Below, in pieces: positions 26,639 through 36,554 of a stretch of DNA of 64,000 nucleotides (positions are counted from its first letter, which is position 1; each line of letters begins with the position of its first letter). A model generated the notes under the pieces. The model saw only the letters and a list, made by a program, of their open reading frames with translations, had not been told where the DNA came from and did no database searches. The stretch is from contig JAATFQ010000158.1 in assembly GCA_015655115.1 (NCBI GenBank), positions 2,183 through 66,182 of the forward strand, written 5' to 3'. The DNA is from Sphingobacteriales bacterium (GTDB taxonomy: Bacteria; Bacteroidota; Bacteroidia; Sphingobacteriales; Sphingobacteriaceae). The position numbers and the translations under genes are program-made.

Positions 26639-28108
26639 TTGATGCAGGAAATACGCTGGATATTATTGTTAGAAATACTTTATGCGCTGGTGATTTTTGC
26701 GACATGTCTGCGTATTATCTATGACACCCGCTCAACCATTAAAACACTTGCTTATCTGATGTTAACTGTGTTTCTGCCGGTAGCGGGTATTATTCTCTAT
26801 TTCTGTATTGGCACTAACTACCGTAAACGTAAGTTATACAGTAAAAAGATAATTAAGGACGTGCAGATGCAAAATAAGATGGAGGAAGGCATCTACCGGA
26901 AATCTGAAAAAATATGGAATACAGTTCCTGATGAAATACTTAAATATCAAAAGCTTGCACATCTCTTGCTCAACGATGGAACGAGTTACCTTACAGGTAA
27001 CAATAGGGTAGATATCCTGCTGAATGGTGAGCAGAAGTTCCCGGAAGTGCTCAAATCGCTGCGCGCTGCGAAACATCATATTCATATCGAGTATTATATT
27101 TATGAAGATGATGAGATTGGCAATGCGATAAAAGATATACTGATTGAAAAGGCTAAAGCGGGTGTAAAAGTGCGCCTTATATATGATGATTTTGGCAGTC
27201 GTAGTATACGGAAAAGGGTGGTCCCGGAGCTGATTGCCGCTGGTGTAGAGGCTTTCCCTTTTTATAAAGTCCTTTTTATTGCCTTAGCGAACAGGCTCAA
27301 TTATAGAAACCACAGAAAAATCATCGTCATTGATGGATGTATTGGCTTTACAGGTGGCATCAATATCAGTGACCGTTATGTGAATAGCACTGCTCATAAC
27401 GATCAGATTTACTGGCGTGATACCCATGTAAAAATATCAGGTACTGGTGTTTATTACCTGCAGTATCTTTTTATATGTGACTGGAATTTTTGTGCTGATG
27501 AAGCGCTGGCCCCTCAGCTAGATTTCTTCTGCGATTCTGAGGAAGATTTTGGTGACTCTGTAGTGCAGATTTCTGCCAGCGGTCCGGATTCTGATAATCC
27601 CACTATTTTGTTTTCCACTATCCAGGTAATCGGGATGGCAGAGAAGGAGATCCTGATTACGACCCCTTATTTTATCCCTGGAGAGAGCTTAATCGATGCG
27701 CTCTCTGTAGCGGCATTAAGTGGTGTGAAGGTGGTGCTGCTGGTGCCTGGTCCGAAGACTTCAGACTCCAGAATGGTCGCTGCTGCTGCACGATCCTATT
27801 ATGGGGAGCTAATGAAGACCGGAGTAGAAGTATATCAGTATGAAAAAGGATTCGTCCATGCCAAGACAATGGTTGCAGACGGGTCGTTATCTATGGTAGG
27901 TACTGCAAATATGGATAATCGTAGCTTTGAGCTGAATTTTGAAGTAAACTGCGTAATCTATGACAGTAAGATCGCTTTAGAAATGACTAATACTTTTTAT
28001 GAGGACTTGAGGGATGCCAAAAGGATTGACCCGCTTGAATGGGAGAAACGCCCTCTTTACAAACAACTACCAGAGAAACTGGCCCGGCTGCTGTCTCCCT
28101 TACTGTAG
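26639..28108 (+). CDS. cls: Cardiolipin synthase
   Basis: Two HKD motifs (HRKIIVID and HAKTMVAD) and an N-terminal PLDc_N TM hairpin. Confidence 0.95.
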   Translation: MMQEIRWILLLEILYALVIFATCLRIIYDTRSTIKTLAYLMLTVFLPVAGIILYFCIGTNYRKRKLYSKKIIKDVQMQNKMEEGIYRKSEKIWNTVPDEILKYQKLAHLLLNDGTSYLTGNNRVDILLNGEQKFPEVLKSLRAAKHHIHIEYYIYEDDEIGNAIKDILIEKAKAGVKVRLIYDDFGSRSIRKRVVPELIAAGVEAFPFYKVLFIALANRLNYRNHRKIIVIDGCIGFTGGINISDRYVNSTAHNDQIYWRDTHVKISGTGVYYLQYLFICDWNFCADEALAPQLDFFCDSEEDFGDSVVQISASGPDSDNPTILFSTIQVIGMAEKEILITTPYFIPGESLIDALSVAALSGVKVVLLVPGPKTSDSRMVAAAARSYYGELMKTGVEVYQYEKGFVHAKTMVADGSLSMVGTANMDNRSFELNFEVNCVIYDSKIALEMTNTFYEDLRDAKRIDPLEWEKRPLYKQLPEKLARLLSPLL

Positions 28109-28141
28109 CTGTCTCCCTTACGGTAACTATGGTGAAAAAGA

Positions 28142-28163
28142 GGCGGTCAATATACTGACCGCC
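28142..28163. terminator. Hairpin after cls
   Basis: GGCGGTCA / TGACCGCC stem between convergent genes. Confidence 0.5.
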
Positions 28164-28228
28164 GCTCTGATTTTTGATTACATTATATATCGGAAAATAT
28201 CATTCATCAATGAAGATTATGATCTCAT

Positions 28229-28429
28229 TTACCTTCCCCGGAAGGCTTGTTTAAGGTAGAAATATATCAGTAATATAATTAGTACAGTAAGTACAGTAGA
28301 AATTAATCCTGCCGCGATACCCAGCGCAAGGTGTAAAACCGGGAAAACAATATATTTTACTATAAAATAAACGATAACCAACAGGGCAGCTATAGTAATA
28401 ATGCTGCTTAATTTCAGATCTTTTCTCAT
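28229..28429 (-). CDS. Small two-TM membrane protein
   Basis: 66 aa with two hydrophobic stretches. Its start overlaps the upstream stop (ATGA). Confidence 0.65.
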   Translation of the reverse strand: MRKDLKLSSIITIAALLVIVYFIVKYIVFPVLHLALGIAAGLISTVLTVLIILLIYFYLKQAFRGR

Positions 28430-28599
28430 TTAAGGGGGTATTTGCTTCGTATATATTTCTCTACCTCTTCGGCTGCTATAGTTCCTGATTCTTTTACTGC
28501 TCGTTTTAATATTTCGGGAGTTACCTGGAATTTTTCGCACCAGTATTCTACCTCGTAATATTCTTCCAGGTTGATGTTTTTACTATCTGTTATCCTCAT
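28426..28599 (-). CDS. DUF3606-like small protein (57 aa; absent from the ORF track)
   Basis: Hand translation: MRITDSKNINLEEYYEVEYWCEKFQVTPEILKRAVKESGTIAAEEVEKYIRSKYPLK. It shows the 'IN..E.YE..YW..KF.VT...L..AV...G' pattern. Confidence 0.8.
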   Translation of the reverse strand: MRITDSKNINLEEYYEVEYWCEKFQVTPEILKRAVKESGTIAAEEVEKYIRSKYPLK

Positions 28600-29012
28600 C
28601 TCAATTTTTATTATGAAAGCTCTGTCTGAGCATAAATATTTGGTTAAATAGTTTTATGAGTATCTTATATCAATACTTATGCCTAAAATAAATATTTTGT
28701 ATCAGACAAATGTTACTATTCATATGATGTTTCTATTAAGCATTTATCGGAGTATATGTCCGGTTCAATTAAAACAGGCGCTGCTATTTCGTCCGAACTC
28801 ATCCATCTCCTGTCAAAAGTTCAGCAATACTTTCTCATTATGAGTCAATTGCACCACAACTTTATTGGCTTAAGAGAGGCATTTATATAACAAAAAATGG
28901 ATAAGCATTTTCAATATAAAGGAATTATTGATTTAATGCAATCATTTTAAGATGGTAGAAAATAAGGAGATTTGGGTTGTATATTTATCCGCTGTATAGC
29001 TAATAGATAAGA

Positions 29013-30197
29013 ATGAAACTTAAAACTGGTCGTTTTACATATTTGATTTTACTGTGTTGTGGCCTTGTTAGTGCATGTCTGACTGGTTGTTCTTCACTTT
29101 ATGAAGCGGCTGGGAGCAAAACCAGGGTCGGAAATTCAGGAGAAATTAAGCTGAGGTATATCAATGAATTTGTGCTGCCTCATCATCTTGAATTTCAACA
29201 TACCACAGTCGGAGGGCTTTCAGGAATTGATTATGATAGTCAAAACAATATTTATTATTTGATATGTGATGATCGATCACATATCAATCCTGCAAGATTT
29301 TACAAGGCGCATATTTTAATATCGTCGAAAGGAATTGACAGCGTAATCATTACCGGGGTAAATACTTTGCTTCAGCAGGATGGTACAAGCTATCCCGAAT
29401 TGAATATCAATGCAACCAGAACTACTGATCCTGAAGCTATGCGCCTGAACAGACGTACTCATCACCTGATCTGGACCAGTGAGGGCGAACGATTACTTCT
29501 GCCTAAGGATACTGTACTCATTGACCCTACAATAAATGTGATAGATACCACTGGAAGGTATGTCAATTCTATTTCGCTGCCACAAAACCTGAAGATGGAA
29601 ATTGCTGAGCATGGCCCCAGAAGAAACGGGGTTTTAGAAGGACTTACCTTTGATGATCATTACCGGTCTTTATATGTGAGTATGGAAGAACCTTTATATC
29701 AGGACGGACCGCGGGCGGATCTCAGCATCAATCATCCATTGATCAGGATTTATAAGTTTAATTTAAAAACCGGGAAGCACACTGCACAATATGCGTATGA
29801 ACTGGAACCAGTTGCTTTGCCTGCGCTAACAGATGGGGGTGAGATCAGCAATGGGATCCCTGATATCTTATGGCTTGGCAAAGATAAGCTGATGGTAACT
29901 GAGCGTTCTTATTCTACCGGCAGGCTAGGTACCAATATCAAAGTGTTTTTAGCTGACATGAAAGGTGCTGATAATGTAATGGGGGTTGAATCCTTACTGA
30001 AGACGCCGCCAGCACATGTGCTCAGTAAGAAATTGCTGGTGAATATGGATAACCTGGGGATATATATTGATAACATTGAGGGAGCGACACTAGGACCTGT
30101 TTTACCTAATGGCCACCAGTCGGTTATTTTTGTGGCTGATAATAATTTCAGTACTACGGAGAAGAACCAGTTTTTGTTGTTCGAGGTGCTGCCTTAA
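29013..30197 (+). CDS. Esterase-like activity of phytase family lipoprotein
   Basis: Lipobox-like LTGC, 'GGLSGIDY', 'DPEA', 'NGVLEGL', 'DNIEG' and 'DNNF'. Confidence 0.85.
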   Translation: MKLKTGRFTYLILLCCGLVSACLTGCSSLYEAAGSKTRVGNSGEIKLRYINEFVLPHHLEFQHTTVGGLSGIDYDSQNNIYYLICDDRSHINPARFYKAHILISSKGIDSVIITGVNTLLQQDGTSYPELNINATRTTDPEAMRLNRRTHHLIWTSEGERLLLPKDTVLIDPTINVIDTTGRYVNSISLPQNLKMEIAEHGPRRNGVLEGLTFDDHYRSLYVSMEEPLYQDGPRADLSINHPLIRIYKFNLKTGKHTAQYAYELEPVALPALTDGGEISNGIPDILWLGKDKLMVTERSYSTGRLGTNIKVFLADMKGADNVMGVESLLKTPPAHVLSKKLLVNMDNLGIYIDNIEGATLGPVLPNGHQSVIFVADNNFSTTEKNQFLLFEVLP

Positions 30198-31294
30198 AAC
30201 AGTTCCAGCTGATCGGGATTTAAGTTCTTCGCTGAAGCAGCGTGGCTAAAATTACTTAATGAGATGCCCAGCAGCCTTACTTTTTCATCCGACAAATCGG
30301 CCTTAGAGAGTAAGTTTTTTGCTGCATTGATGATTGACAGATAGTCGCCCGCTGGTTGCGGCAGCGAGTGGTTCCTGGTAATTTGCCTGAAATCACTGAA
30401 CTTAATTTTTAAAGTTACTGTCTTTCCCTTCAGGTTATTTTTTTCGAGCCTTGCAGCCACCTTCTCGGCAATGATCTCCAGCTCTGTACACATTTCTTCA
30501 TAAGACACCAGGTCTTCACTGAAAGTATCTTCAGCACCAAGAGATTTTGTTTCCCTATGTGGCCGAACGGGCCGTTCATCGATACCTCTTACGATGTTGA
30601 AATAGAATTTTCCGGTTTTACCGAATTTCCTGATCAGTTCCTGCTCTGAGAGTTGCTTTAGGTCGGCACCAGTATGCAATCCCATCTTCTTCATCTTGTC
30701 GGCCGTTACCTTTCCAACGCCGAAGAACTTTTCTACCGGCAGCTTCTCCATGAAAGCCTTGATCTTTGAAGGGCCTATAAATGTAAGTCCGTCTGGTTTG
30801 TTCATGTCTGATGCGATTTTTGCCACGAACTTATTATTTGATACCCCTGCTGATGCGGTGAGATTTAGCTCATTCCTGATCGCATCTTTAATCTGCTGTG
30901 CAATTGCCAGTGCTGAGCCGATATTCAGCTTGTCGGAAGTAACGTCAAGGTAGGCTTCATCGAGCGACAAGGGTTCTATGATGTCTGTATATCTGCTGAA
31001 AATTTCCCTGATATGTACAGAGACACCTTTGTAAGCATCAAAGCGCGGACGGACAAATAAAGCATGTGGACATAACTGGATGGCTTTGCGGGCCGACATG
31101 GCCGAATGGATGCCAAAAGCCCGCGCTTCATAACTTGCCGTAGCTACCACGCCACGTCCGTCGGGCGAGCCGCCGACAACCAGGGGTTTTCCCTTGTATT
31201 GAGGGAAATCACGCTGTTCTACAGCAGCATAAAAAGCATCCATATCAATATGGATAATTTTCCGTGGCATAGATTTATTGTCGCTTGCTGGCAT
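30194..31294 (-). CDS. dinB: DNA polymerase IV
   Basis: HIDMDAFYA, SYEAR, SLDEAYLD and AKIASD..KPDG motifs. The start may be at 31270. Confidence 0.97.
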   Translation of the reverse strand: MPASDNKSMPRKIIHIDMDAFYAAVEQRDFPQYKGKPLVVGGSPDGRGVVATASYEARAFGIHSAMSARKAIQLCPHALFVRPRFDAYKGVSVHIREIFSRYTDIIEPLSLDEAYLDVTSDKLNIGSALAIAQQIKDAIRNELNLTASAGVSNNKFVAKIASDMNKPDGLTFIGPSKIKAFMEKLPVEKFFGVGKVTADKMKKMGLHTGADLKQLSEQELIRKFGKTGKFYFNIVRGIDERPVRPHRETKSLGAEDTFSEDLVSYEEMCTELEIIAEKVAARLEKNNLKGKTVTLKIKFSDFRQITRNHSLPQPAGDYLSIINAAKNLLSKADLSDEKVRLLGISLSNFSHAASAKNLNPDQLELF

Positions 31295-31467
31295 TTATAA
31301 AATTTAATTTGCAAAGCTCTGGAATTTCTTGCGGATTAATCTGTTTTGATTGATATATTTGACAGCTTTGTGTGTTTGTAACAGATAAGTAAGTATTTAT
31401 TTTTTATACATTTATTATCAATTATTGATGCACATTTGCGCCCTGATTTTAGCTTTATAAATCTCAA

Positions 31468-34400
31468 ATGCCTGGAAAACAAATTTTTCAAACTGCCAAG
31501 AAGAGTCGTTGGATAACTTTTCAATGGTTAACTAGAAGTATCATTATCGTTTTTATTGTTGCTTCTGCGTGTGTTGCTTATAGTCTTTTATCCGACCATT
31601 ATCCAAATTTACCTGTAATCAATACTGCCGCTACCTTAACAAAGAAGCAGATTGAACAAATTAAAAAGTCTACACCTTATAAAGATTTTAAAATTTCCAA
31701 GAAAAGACTGCTTAAGATCAAGCACGATCAGCAGATGCACAGGCTGAAACATCCTAATAATAAAGTACGCATCAATGCTGGCTTTTATGTAGACTGGGAC
31801 CCTCAGTCGCTCTCTGATCTTAAAGACCATATCAAACAACTTGATATGGTAGTTTCTGAATCTTTCTTTATCAAGAACGGAGCAGATACACTGATAGACA
31901 ACGTAGATAAAGAAGCTTTAAAGGTTACTTTAAAGTATAAAAAAACAGCTATTGCTATGATCTCCAATTTCAGTGTTGATCATTTTGATGGTAATGCCAT
32001 ACATAAATTGCTGCAGGATAAAGATCTGCAGAACAGATTTATAGCCAATCTGATCACTAAGCTGAAGTTCTATAAATTTCAAGGTGTAAACATAGACTTT
32101 GAAGAAATTAAGGAAAATTCTGACATCCCGCTGGCAGCATTTCAACGAAATTTGTACGAACAGTTGCATGCTGCAAATATGATCGTATCGCAGGATATTT
32201 CGCCAGATAACGAGGATTATAACTTGAAGGTACTGGAGAAGTATAACGATTATATTTTTATAATGGCATATGATCAGCATAGTGAAAATAGCAATGCGGG
32301 TGATATTTCTCACCAGGCATGGGTAGAAGAGCAGCTGGATAAGATTTGCGGACAGATATCCTCAGACAAGGTGATGCTGGCGCTTGCCTGTTATGGATAT
32401 GACTGGCCGGATCAGGATGTTGGAAAAACGATTACTTATCAGCAGGCAATTGCCAATGCCAACCGCTATAAGGGGAAAATCAGTTATGACACTAAATCGG
32501 CAAATCTGAGCTATAACTATAAAGATGAATCTTCCATCCGTCATGAGGTGTTTTTTAACGATGCTGCTACTAATTTTAATCTGATCAGAAAGGCCGATGA
32601 TTGGGGTATTGCAGGAATTGCAATTTGGCGTATGGGTGCAGAGGATCCGCGTTTGTGGACATTTATTTCTAAGAACCTAAGCATTGATTCTGTAAGAAAA
32701 AGTGGGGTAGACCTCAAAAGGCTGACTCATATCGGGTTAAATGATAGAATTGATTATTCTGGTGATGGAGAAATCCTCGATTTAGTATCTATTCCTAAAG
32801 AGGGCAAAATAGAGGTGAAAATGGACACTTCAAACTATTCCATTTCAGAGCAGCAATATGTAGACTTGCCAACAAAATATAGTATACGCCGTTATGGACG
32901 TGCGGAGAAGAAGATCGTACTGACATTTGACGATGGACCTGACCCTGTGTATACACCTCAGATTCTTGACATTTTACAGGAAGAAAAGGTACCGGGAAGC
33001 TTTTTTGTAGTGGGTATTATGGCTGAGCAAAATATGGGCTTATTGCTGAAGGAATACAATATGGGGTATGAGATCGGTAACCATACCTTTTTCCACCCGG
33101 ACATGTCTAAAGTGGGTACAGAAAGAGTAAAGTTTGAGTTAAATTCTACCAGGAAGATTATAGAATCTGTTACCGGGCATAGTACAATATTATTCAGGCC
33201 ACCTTATAATGCTGATGCTGAACCTACAACGTCTGCAGAGATCCTGCCTGTGGTGCAAAGCAGGGAAGAGAACTATATCAATGTTGGGGAATCTATTGAC
33301 CCTCAGGATTGGCAACCGGGGATCACTGCTGACGAGATTTTTGCAGCTGTGGTAAAACAGCAGCATATGGGTAATGTTTTGTTGCTCCATGATGCCGGTG
33401 GTAACCGCTCGGCCACTGTTGAAGCACTGCCACGAATTATCAAATATTTTAAAGCGAAAGGTTTTGAGTTTGTAACGATAGGTAATCTGATCGGGAAGAC
33501 AAAAAATGAGCTGATGCCAGTAGTAAATAATGATGGAAATATGTTCGTTAGTTCGGGCGATAACCTCTTCTTAAAGGTTTTTTCTTATGGTACTTTAACA
33601 TTGAACTTCATCTTTATACTGGCGATTATCCTGGCCATGCTCAGGAGTGTATTTATTGCAATCCTGGCTATCAAACAGAAGATTACAGCTAAAAAGGAAG
33701 CGGGACTTTTATTGCAGGACCCCAATTATAAGGTAAGTATTATTATTCCTGCATATAATGAGGAAATCACCGTTGTCCAAACCTTAAACAGCCTGTTAAA
33801 GACAACCTATAAAAATGTAGAGTTTGTTTTTGTAGATGATGGCTCGAAAGACAATACCTTTGAACTGGTAAAAGCGCGTTTCTCAGAGCGTGACAATATC
33901 AGGATTTTTACCAAGCCTAATGGAGGTAAGGCTTCGGCCCTGAACTTTGGAATAGCGCATGCTACTACAGATTTCGTGATCTGTATAGATGCCGATACGC
34001 AGTTGAAAACCGATGCGATTACCGAACTGATGCGGTATTTTTATGATGAAGATATTGCTGCTGTAGCCGGAACAGTTAAGGTAGGCAACAAAAACAACCT
34101 GATCACCAACTGGCAGTCTATTGAATATATCACTGCACAAAATATGGATAGGAGAGCTTTTGATATTCTCAATACCATTACTGTAGTGCCGGGAGCTATT
34201 GGTGCTTTCCGTAAAAGCGTAATATTGGAAGTGGGTGGTTTTACGACAGACACATTGGCTGAAGATTGTGATTTGACAATGCGCATCCTTCGTGCCGGGT
34301 ATCAGGTCAAAAATTGCGATACTGCAATTGCTTATACTGAAGCGCCTGAAACTGTTAATATGTTGCTTAAGCAGCGCTTAAGATGGAGCTTCGGAGTGAT

Positions 34401-34869
34401 GCAAAGCTTCTGGAAGAATAAGAAAACATTATTGAATAAAAAGTATGGATATTTTGGAATGATCGGGATGCCGAATATCCTGATCTATCAGATTATTTTA
34501 CCTTTATTTTCGCCGCTGGCAGATTTCTTTATGCTGCTCTCTATGATTACAGGCCTTTTTTCTTTAGCATCTGTTCACTCACTAACCTTTGAAGGCATAG
34601 GCAGCCTCATGAGCCTGAATAATGGCTTCGGACAAGTATTCTTCTATTATTGCATGTTCATCCTGGTAGATCTTGTTTTCGCAGCTATTGCTTTTAGTAT
34701 GGAGAAGGAATCTTACAGAAAATTAATTTATATTATCCCTCAGCGCTTTTACTGGAGACAGTTGATGTATATCGTGCTGTTCAGATCTATTAGAAAAGCA
34801 TTAAAGGGAGAACTGGAAGGCTGGGGCGTGCTAAAGAGAACGGGTAACGTGAAGGAGCAGGAAGATTAA
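31468..34869 (+). CDS. GH18-like hydrolase / NodB polysaccharide deacetylase / GT2 processive synthase fusion
   Basis: GH18: 'GVNIDFE' and 'MAYD'. NodB: TFDDGP, GNHTFFH, RPPY, LLHD. GT2: DDGS, DAD, ED, QRLRW, followed by TM helices. Confidence 0.9.
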   Translation: MPGKQIFQTAKKSRWITFQWLTRSIIIVFIVASACVAYSLLSDHYPNLPVINTAATLTKKQIEQIKKSTPYKDFKISKKRLLKIKHDQQMHRLKHPNNKVRINAGFYVDWDPQSLSDLKDHIKQLDMVVSESFFIKNGADTLIDNVDKEALKVTLKYKKTAIAMISNFSVDHFDGNAIHKLLQDKDLQNRFIANLITKLKFYKFQGVNIDFEEIKENSDIPLAAFQRNLYEQLHAANMIVSQDISPDNEDYNLKVLEKYNDYIFIMAYDQHSENSNAGDISHQAWVEEQLDKICGQISSDKVMLALACYGYDWPDQDVGKTITYQQAIANANRYKGKISYDTKSANLSYNYKDESSIRHEVFFNDAATNFNLIRKADDWGIAGIAIWRMGAEDPRLWTFISKNLSIDSVRKSGVDLKRLTHIGLNDRIDYSGDGEILDLVSIPKEGKIEVKMDTSNYSISEQQYVDLPTKYSIRRYGRAEKKIVLTFDDGPDPVYTPQILDILQEEKVPGSFFVVGIMAEQNMGLLLKEYNMGYEIGNHTFFHPDMSKVGTERVKFELNSTRKIIESVTGHSTILFRPPYNADAEPTTSAEILPVVQSREENYINVGESIDPQDWQPGITADEIFAAVVKQQHMGNVLLLHDAGGNRSATVEALPRIIKYFKAKGFEFVTIGNLIGKTKNELMPVVNNDGNMFVSSGDNLFLKVFSYGTLTLNFIFILAIILAMLRSVFIAILAIKQKITAKKEAGLLLQDPNYKVSIIIPAYNEEITVVQTLNSLLKTTYKNVEFVFVDDGSKDNTFELVKARFSERDNIRIFTKPNGGKASALNFGIAHATTDFVICIDADTQLKTDAITELMRYFYDEDIAAVAGTVKVGNKNNLITNWQSIEYITAQNMDRRAFDILNTITVVPGAIGAFRKSVILEVGGFTTDTLAEDCDLTMRILRAGYQVKNCDTAIAYTEAPETVNMLLKQRLRWSFGVMQSFWKNKKTLLNKKYGYFGMIGMPNILIYQIILPLFSPLADFFMLLSMITGLFSLASVHSLTFEGIGSLMSLNNGFGQVFFYYCMFILVDLVFAAIAFSMEKESYRKLIYIIPQRFYWRQLMYIVLFRSIRKALKGELEGWGVLKRTGNVKEQED

Positions 34870-34903
34870 TTTACAAATTTTATTACATCGAAAGAATAAC
34901 AAT

Positions 34904-35230
34904 ATGAGCAATACAAAACAAACGTTTAAAGATTTTAAGGAATTTTATCTGGAGGGTGTAGCACCTTTGAAAAAGGAAAATCCTGCATTTATAAGATTGG
35001 ATGGGAAAATGAAGGGAAATACGAGAATAGTTTTTGGCTATTTTCTATACGCTGACAAGAAATGGAAAGTAAATGCCGATACACATATAGATAGAATTCT
35101 CCTGGCTTATAATGAACTTGAGAAAGGAAATGATCCTTTTGTGATCAAAGCCTTACGTGACCATAAGGGAGAATATCTGGCGATCAAAGGCCAGCCGGTA
35201 AGAGACAGTAAGTTCTACGTTTTCGCATAA
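34904..35230 (+). CDS. Hypothetical protein
   Basis: 108-aa ORF with an A-rich leader, followed by a terminator-like hairpin. No family recognised. Confidence 0.65.
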   Translation: MSNTKQTFKDFKEFYLEGVAPLKKENPAFIRLDGKMKGNTRIVFGYFLYADKKWKVNADTHIDRILLAYNELEKGNDPFVIKALRDHKGEYLAIKGQPVRDSKFYVFA

Positions 35231-35238
35231 CATAAAAT

Positions 35239-35274
35239 AGAATTACCGGTGTAAATAGCTATTCCGGTAATTCT
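35239..35274. terminator. Bidirectional terminator hairpin
   Basis: AGAATTACCGG / CCGGTAATTCT 11-bp stem between convergent genes. Confidence 0.6.
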
Positions 35275-35344
35275 TTCTTAACCCTATAACAGAGTGTTAT
35301 TTTATATATTAGGTATACTGAGCTATTTTTTTACTTTTTCTAAC

Positions 35345-36535
35345 TTATCTTTTAGTTTTTCTAAGTTCAATAATAGTAATTTCAGGCCAGATGCCTATTC
35401 TACCCGAAAAACCAAGGAAACCAAACCCTCTGTTGATGTTCAATATCCTTCCATTTTCCTCTTTTATGCCTGCCCAATGGGCGTAACGGTATTTTACGGG
35501 ACTCCATTTAATACCGAAGGCTTCAATACCAAATTGCATGCCGTGGGTATGTCCTGCCAGGGTGAGCTGTATTTTCGACGGGTAAGTTTTCACCTCTGAT
35601 TCCCAGTGTGTCGGGTCGTGTGAAAGAAGGATTTTAAATTCATCAGGAGTACTTCCACTGAGCGCTTTTTTTAAGTCGCCTCTTTGGCCGAATCCAATAC
35701 CCCAGTTTTCAACTCCTGCAAGCAGTATACTTTGATTGTGTTTTCTGATACGGGTATGGTTGTCTAATAGCAGGTTGAAACCTAATTCAGCATGGTATTT
35801 TTTGAGCTGCTGCAAATTTGCTCTTTTATCTTCTTCATTCTCCCATTTGATATAGTCGCCATAGTCATGGTTTCCCAGGATAGAAAACTGTCCGTAAGGT
35901 GCTTTTATCTGAGAGAAGAAAGATAGCCATGGTTTAATTTCTTCCGCCTTATTATTAACCAGGTCGCCCGTAAAAACAAATAAGTCGGCCTTTTGCCGGT
36001 TCACCAGATCAACTCCGCGTTGTACGGCTTTTGGGTTATTGAAACTTCCGGCATGAATATCTGAGATTTGTGCTATCGTAAATCCATCAAATGCTTCGGG
36101 CAGATCGTCAAAGAAAAGCTCATGTCTGATCACCCTGTATTTGTATTTACCGAAGATCATGCCATAAAGGAATATCAAGACCGTGAGGCAGAATAGAAGG
36201 AAAGAAAATTCTACCCAGTAAAGGCTTCTGGCTTCTCCTCTGAAAAGGCGGTAACCATCTCCTAAAAAAAGGGTGATGGATAATACCAGCTCAGCTGTCA
36301 GCAGAATTAAGGTGATATGCGTAACTACTTTAAAAAACGTACCCATGCCGCCTTTGCTGAACTGGCTTATTGCATAAAAAAAGGAAGCCGTAATTCCTGC
36401 AATAATAATCCAGAAAGCGGGAGTAATATATTGATTAGTACTCAGTACGCTCAGGCCGGAAACAACATACCAGTTTAAGAGGAAGATAAATAGGCCAATG
36501 ATAATAATCGGTAACAAATTGATTTTTCGTTTCAT
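35345..36535 (-). CDS. Membrane-anchored metallophosphoesterase (YkuE/YaeI-like)
   Basis: DIH, GDLVN, GNHD, SHDP and GHTHG motifs. N-terminal TM helices. Confidence 0.92.
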   Translation of the reverse strand: MKRKINLLPIIIIGLFIFLLNWYVVSGLSVLSTNQYITPAFWIIIAGITASFFYAISQFSKGGMGTFFKVVTHITLILLTAELVLSITLFLGDGYRLFRGEARSLYWVEFSFLLFCLTVLIFLYGMIFGKYKYRVIRHELFFDDLPEAFDGFTIAQISDIHAGSFNNPKAVQRGVDLVNRQKADLFVFTGDLVNNKAEEIKPWLSFFSQIKAPYGQFSILGNHDYGDYIKWENEEDKRANLQQLKKYHAELGFNLLLDNHTRIRKHNQSILLAGVENWGIGFGQRGDLKKALSGSTPDEFKILLSHDPTHWESEVKTYPSKIQLTLAGHTHGMQFGIEAFGIKWSPVKYRYAHWAGIKEENGRILNINRGFGFLGFSGRIGIWPEITIIELRKTKR

Positions 36536-36554
36536 AAAAGATGGGCTCCAGATC

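Noticed and set aside
26409-26705. 98-aa minus-strand ORF
   Set aside because: It overlaps the cls start and AT-rich promoter DNA, and its composition is not protein-like.
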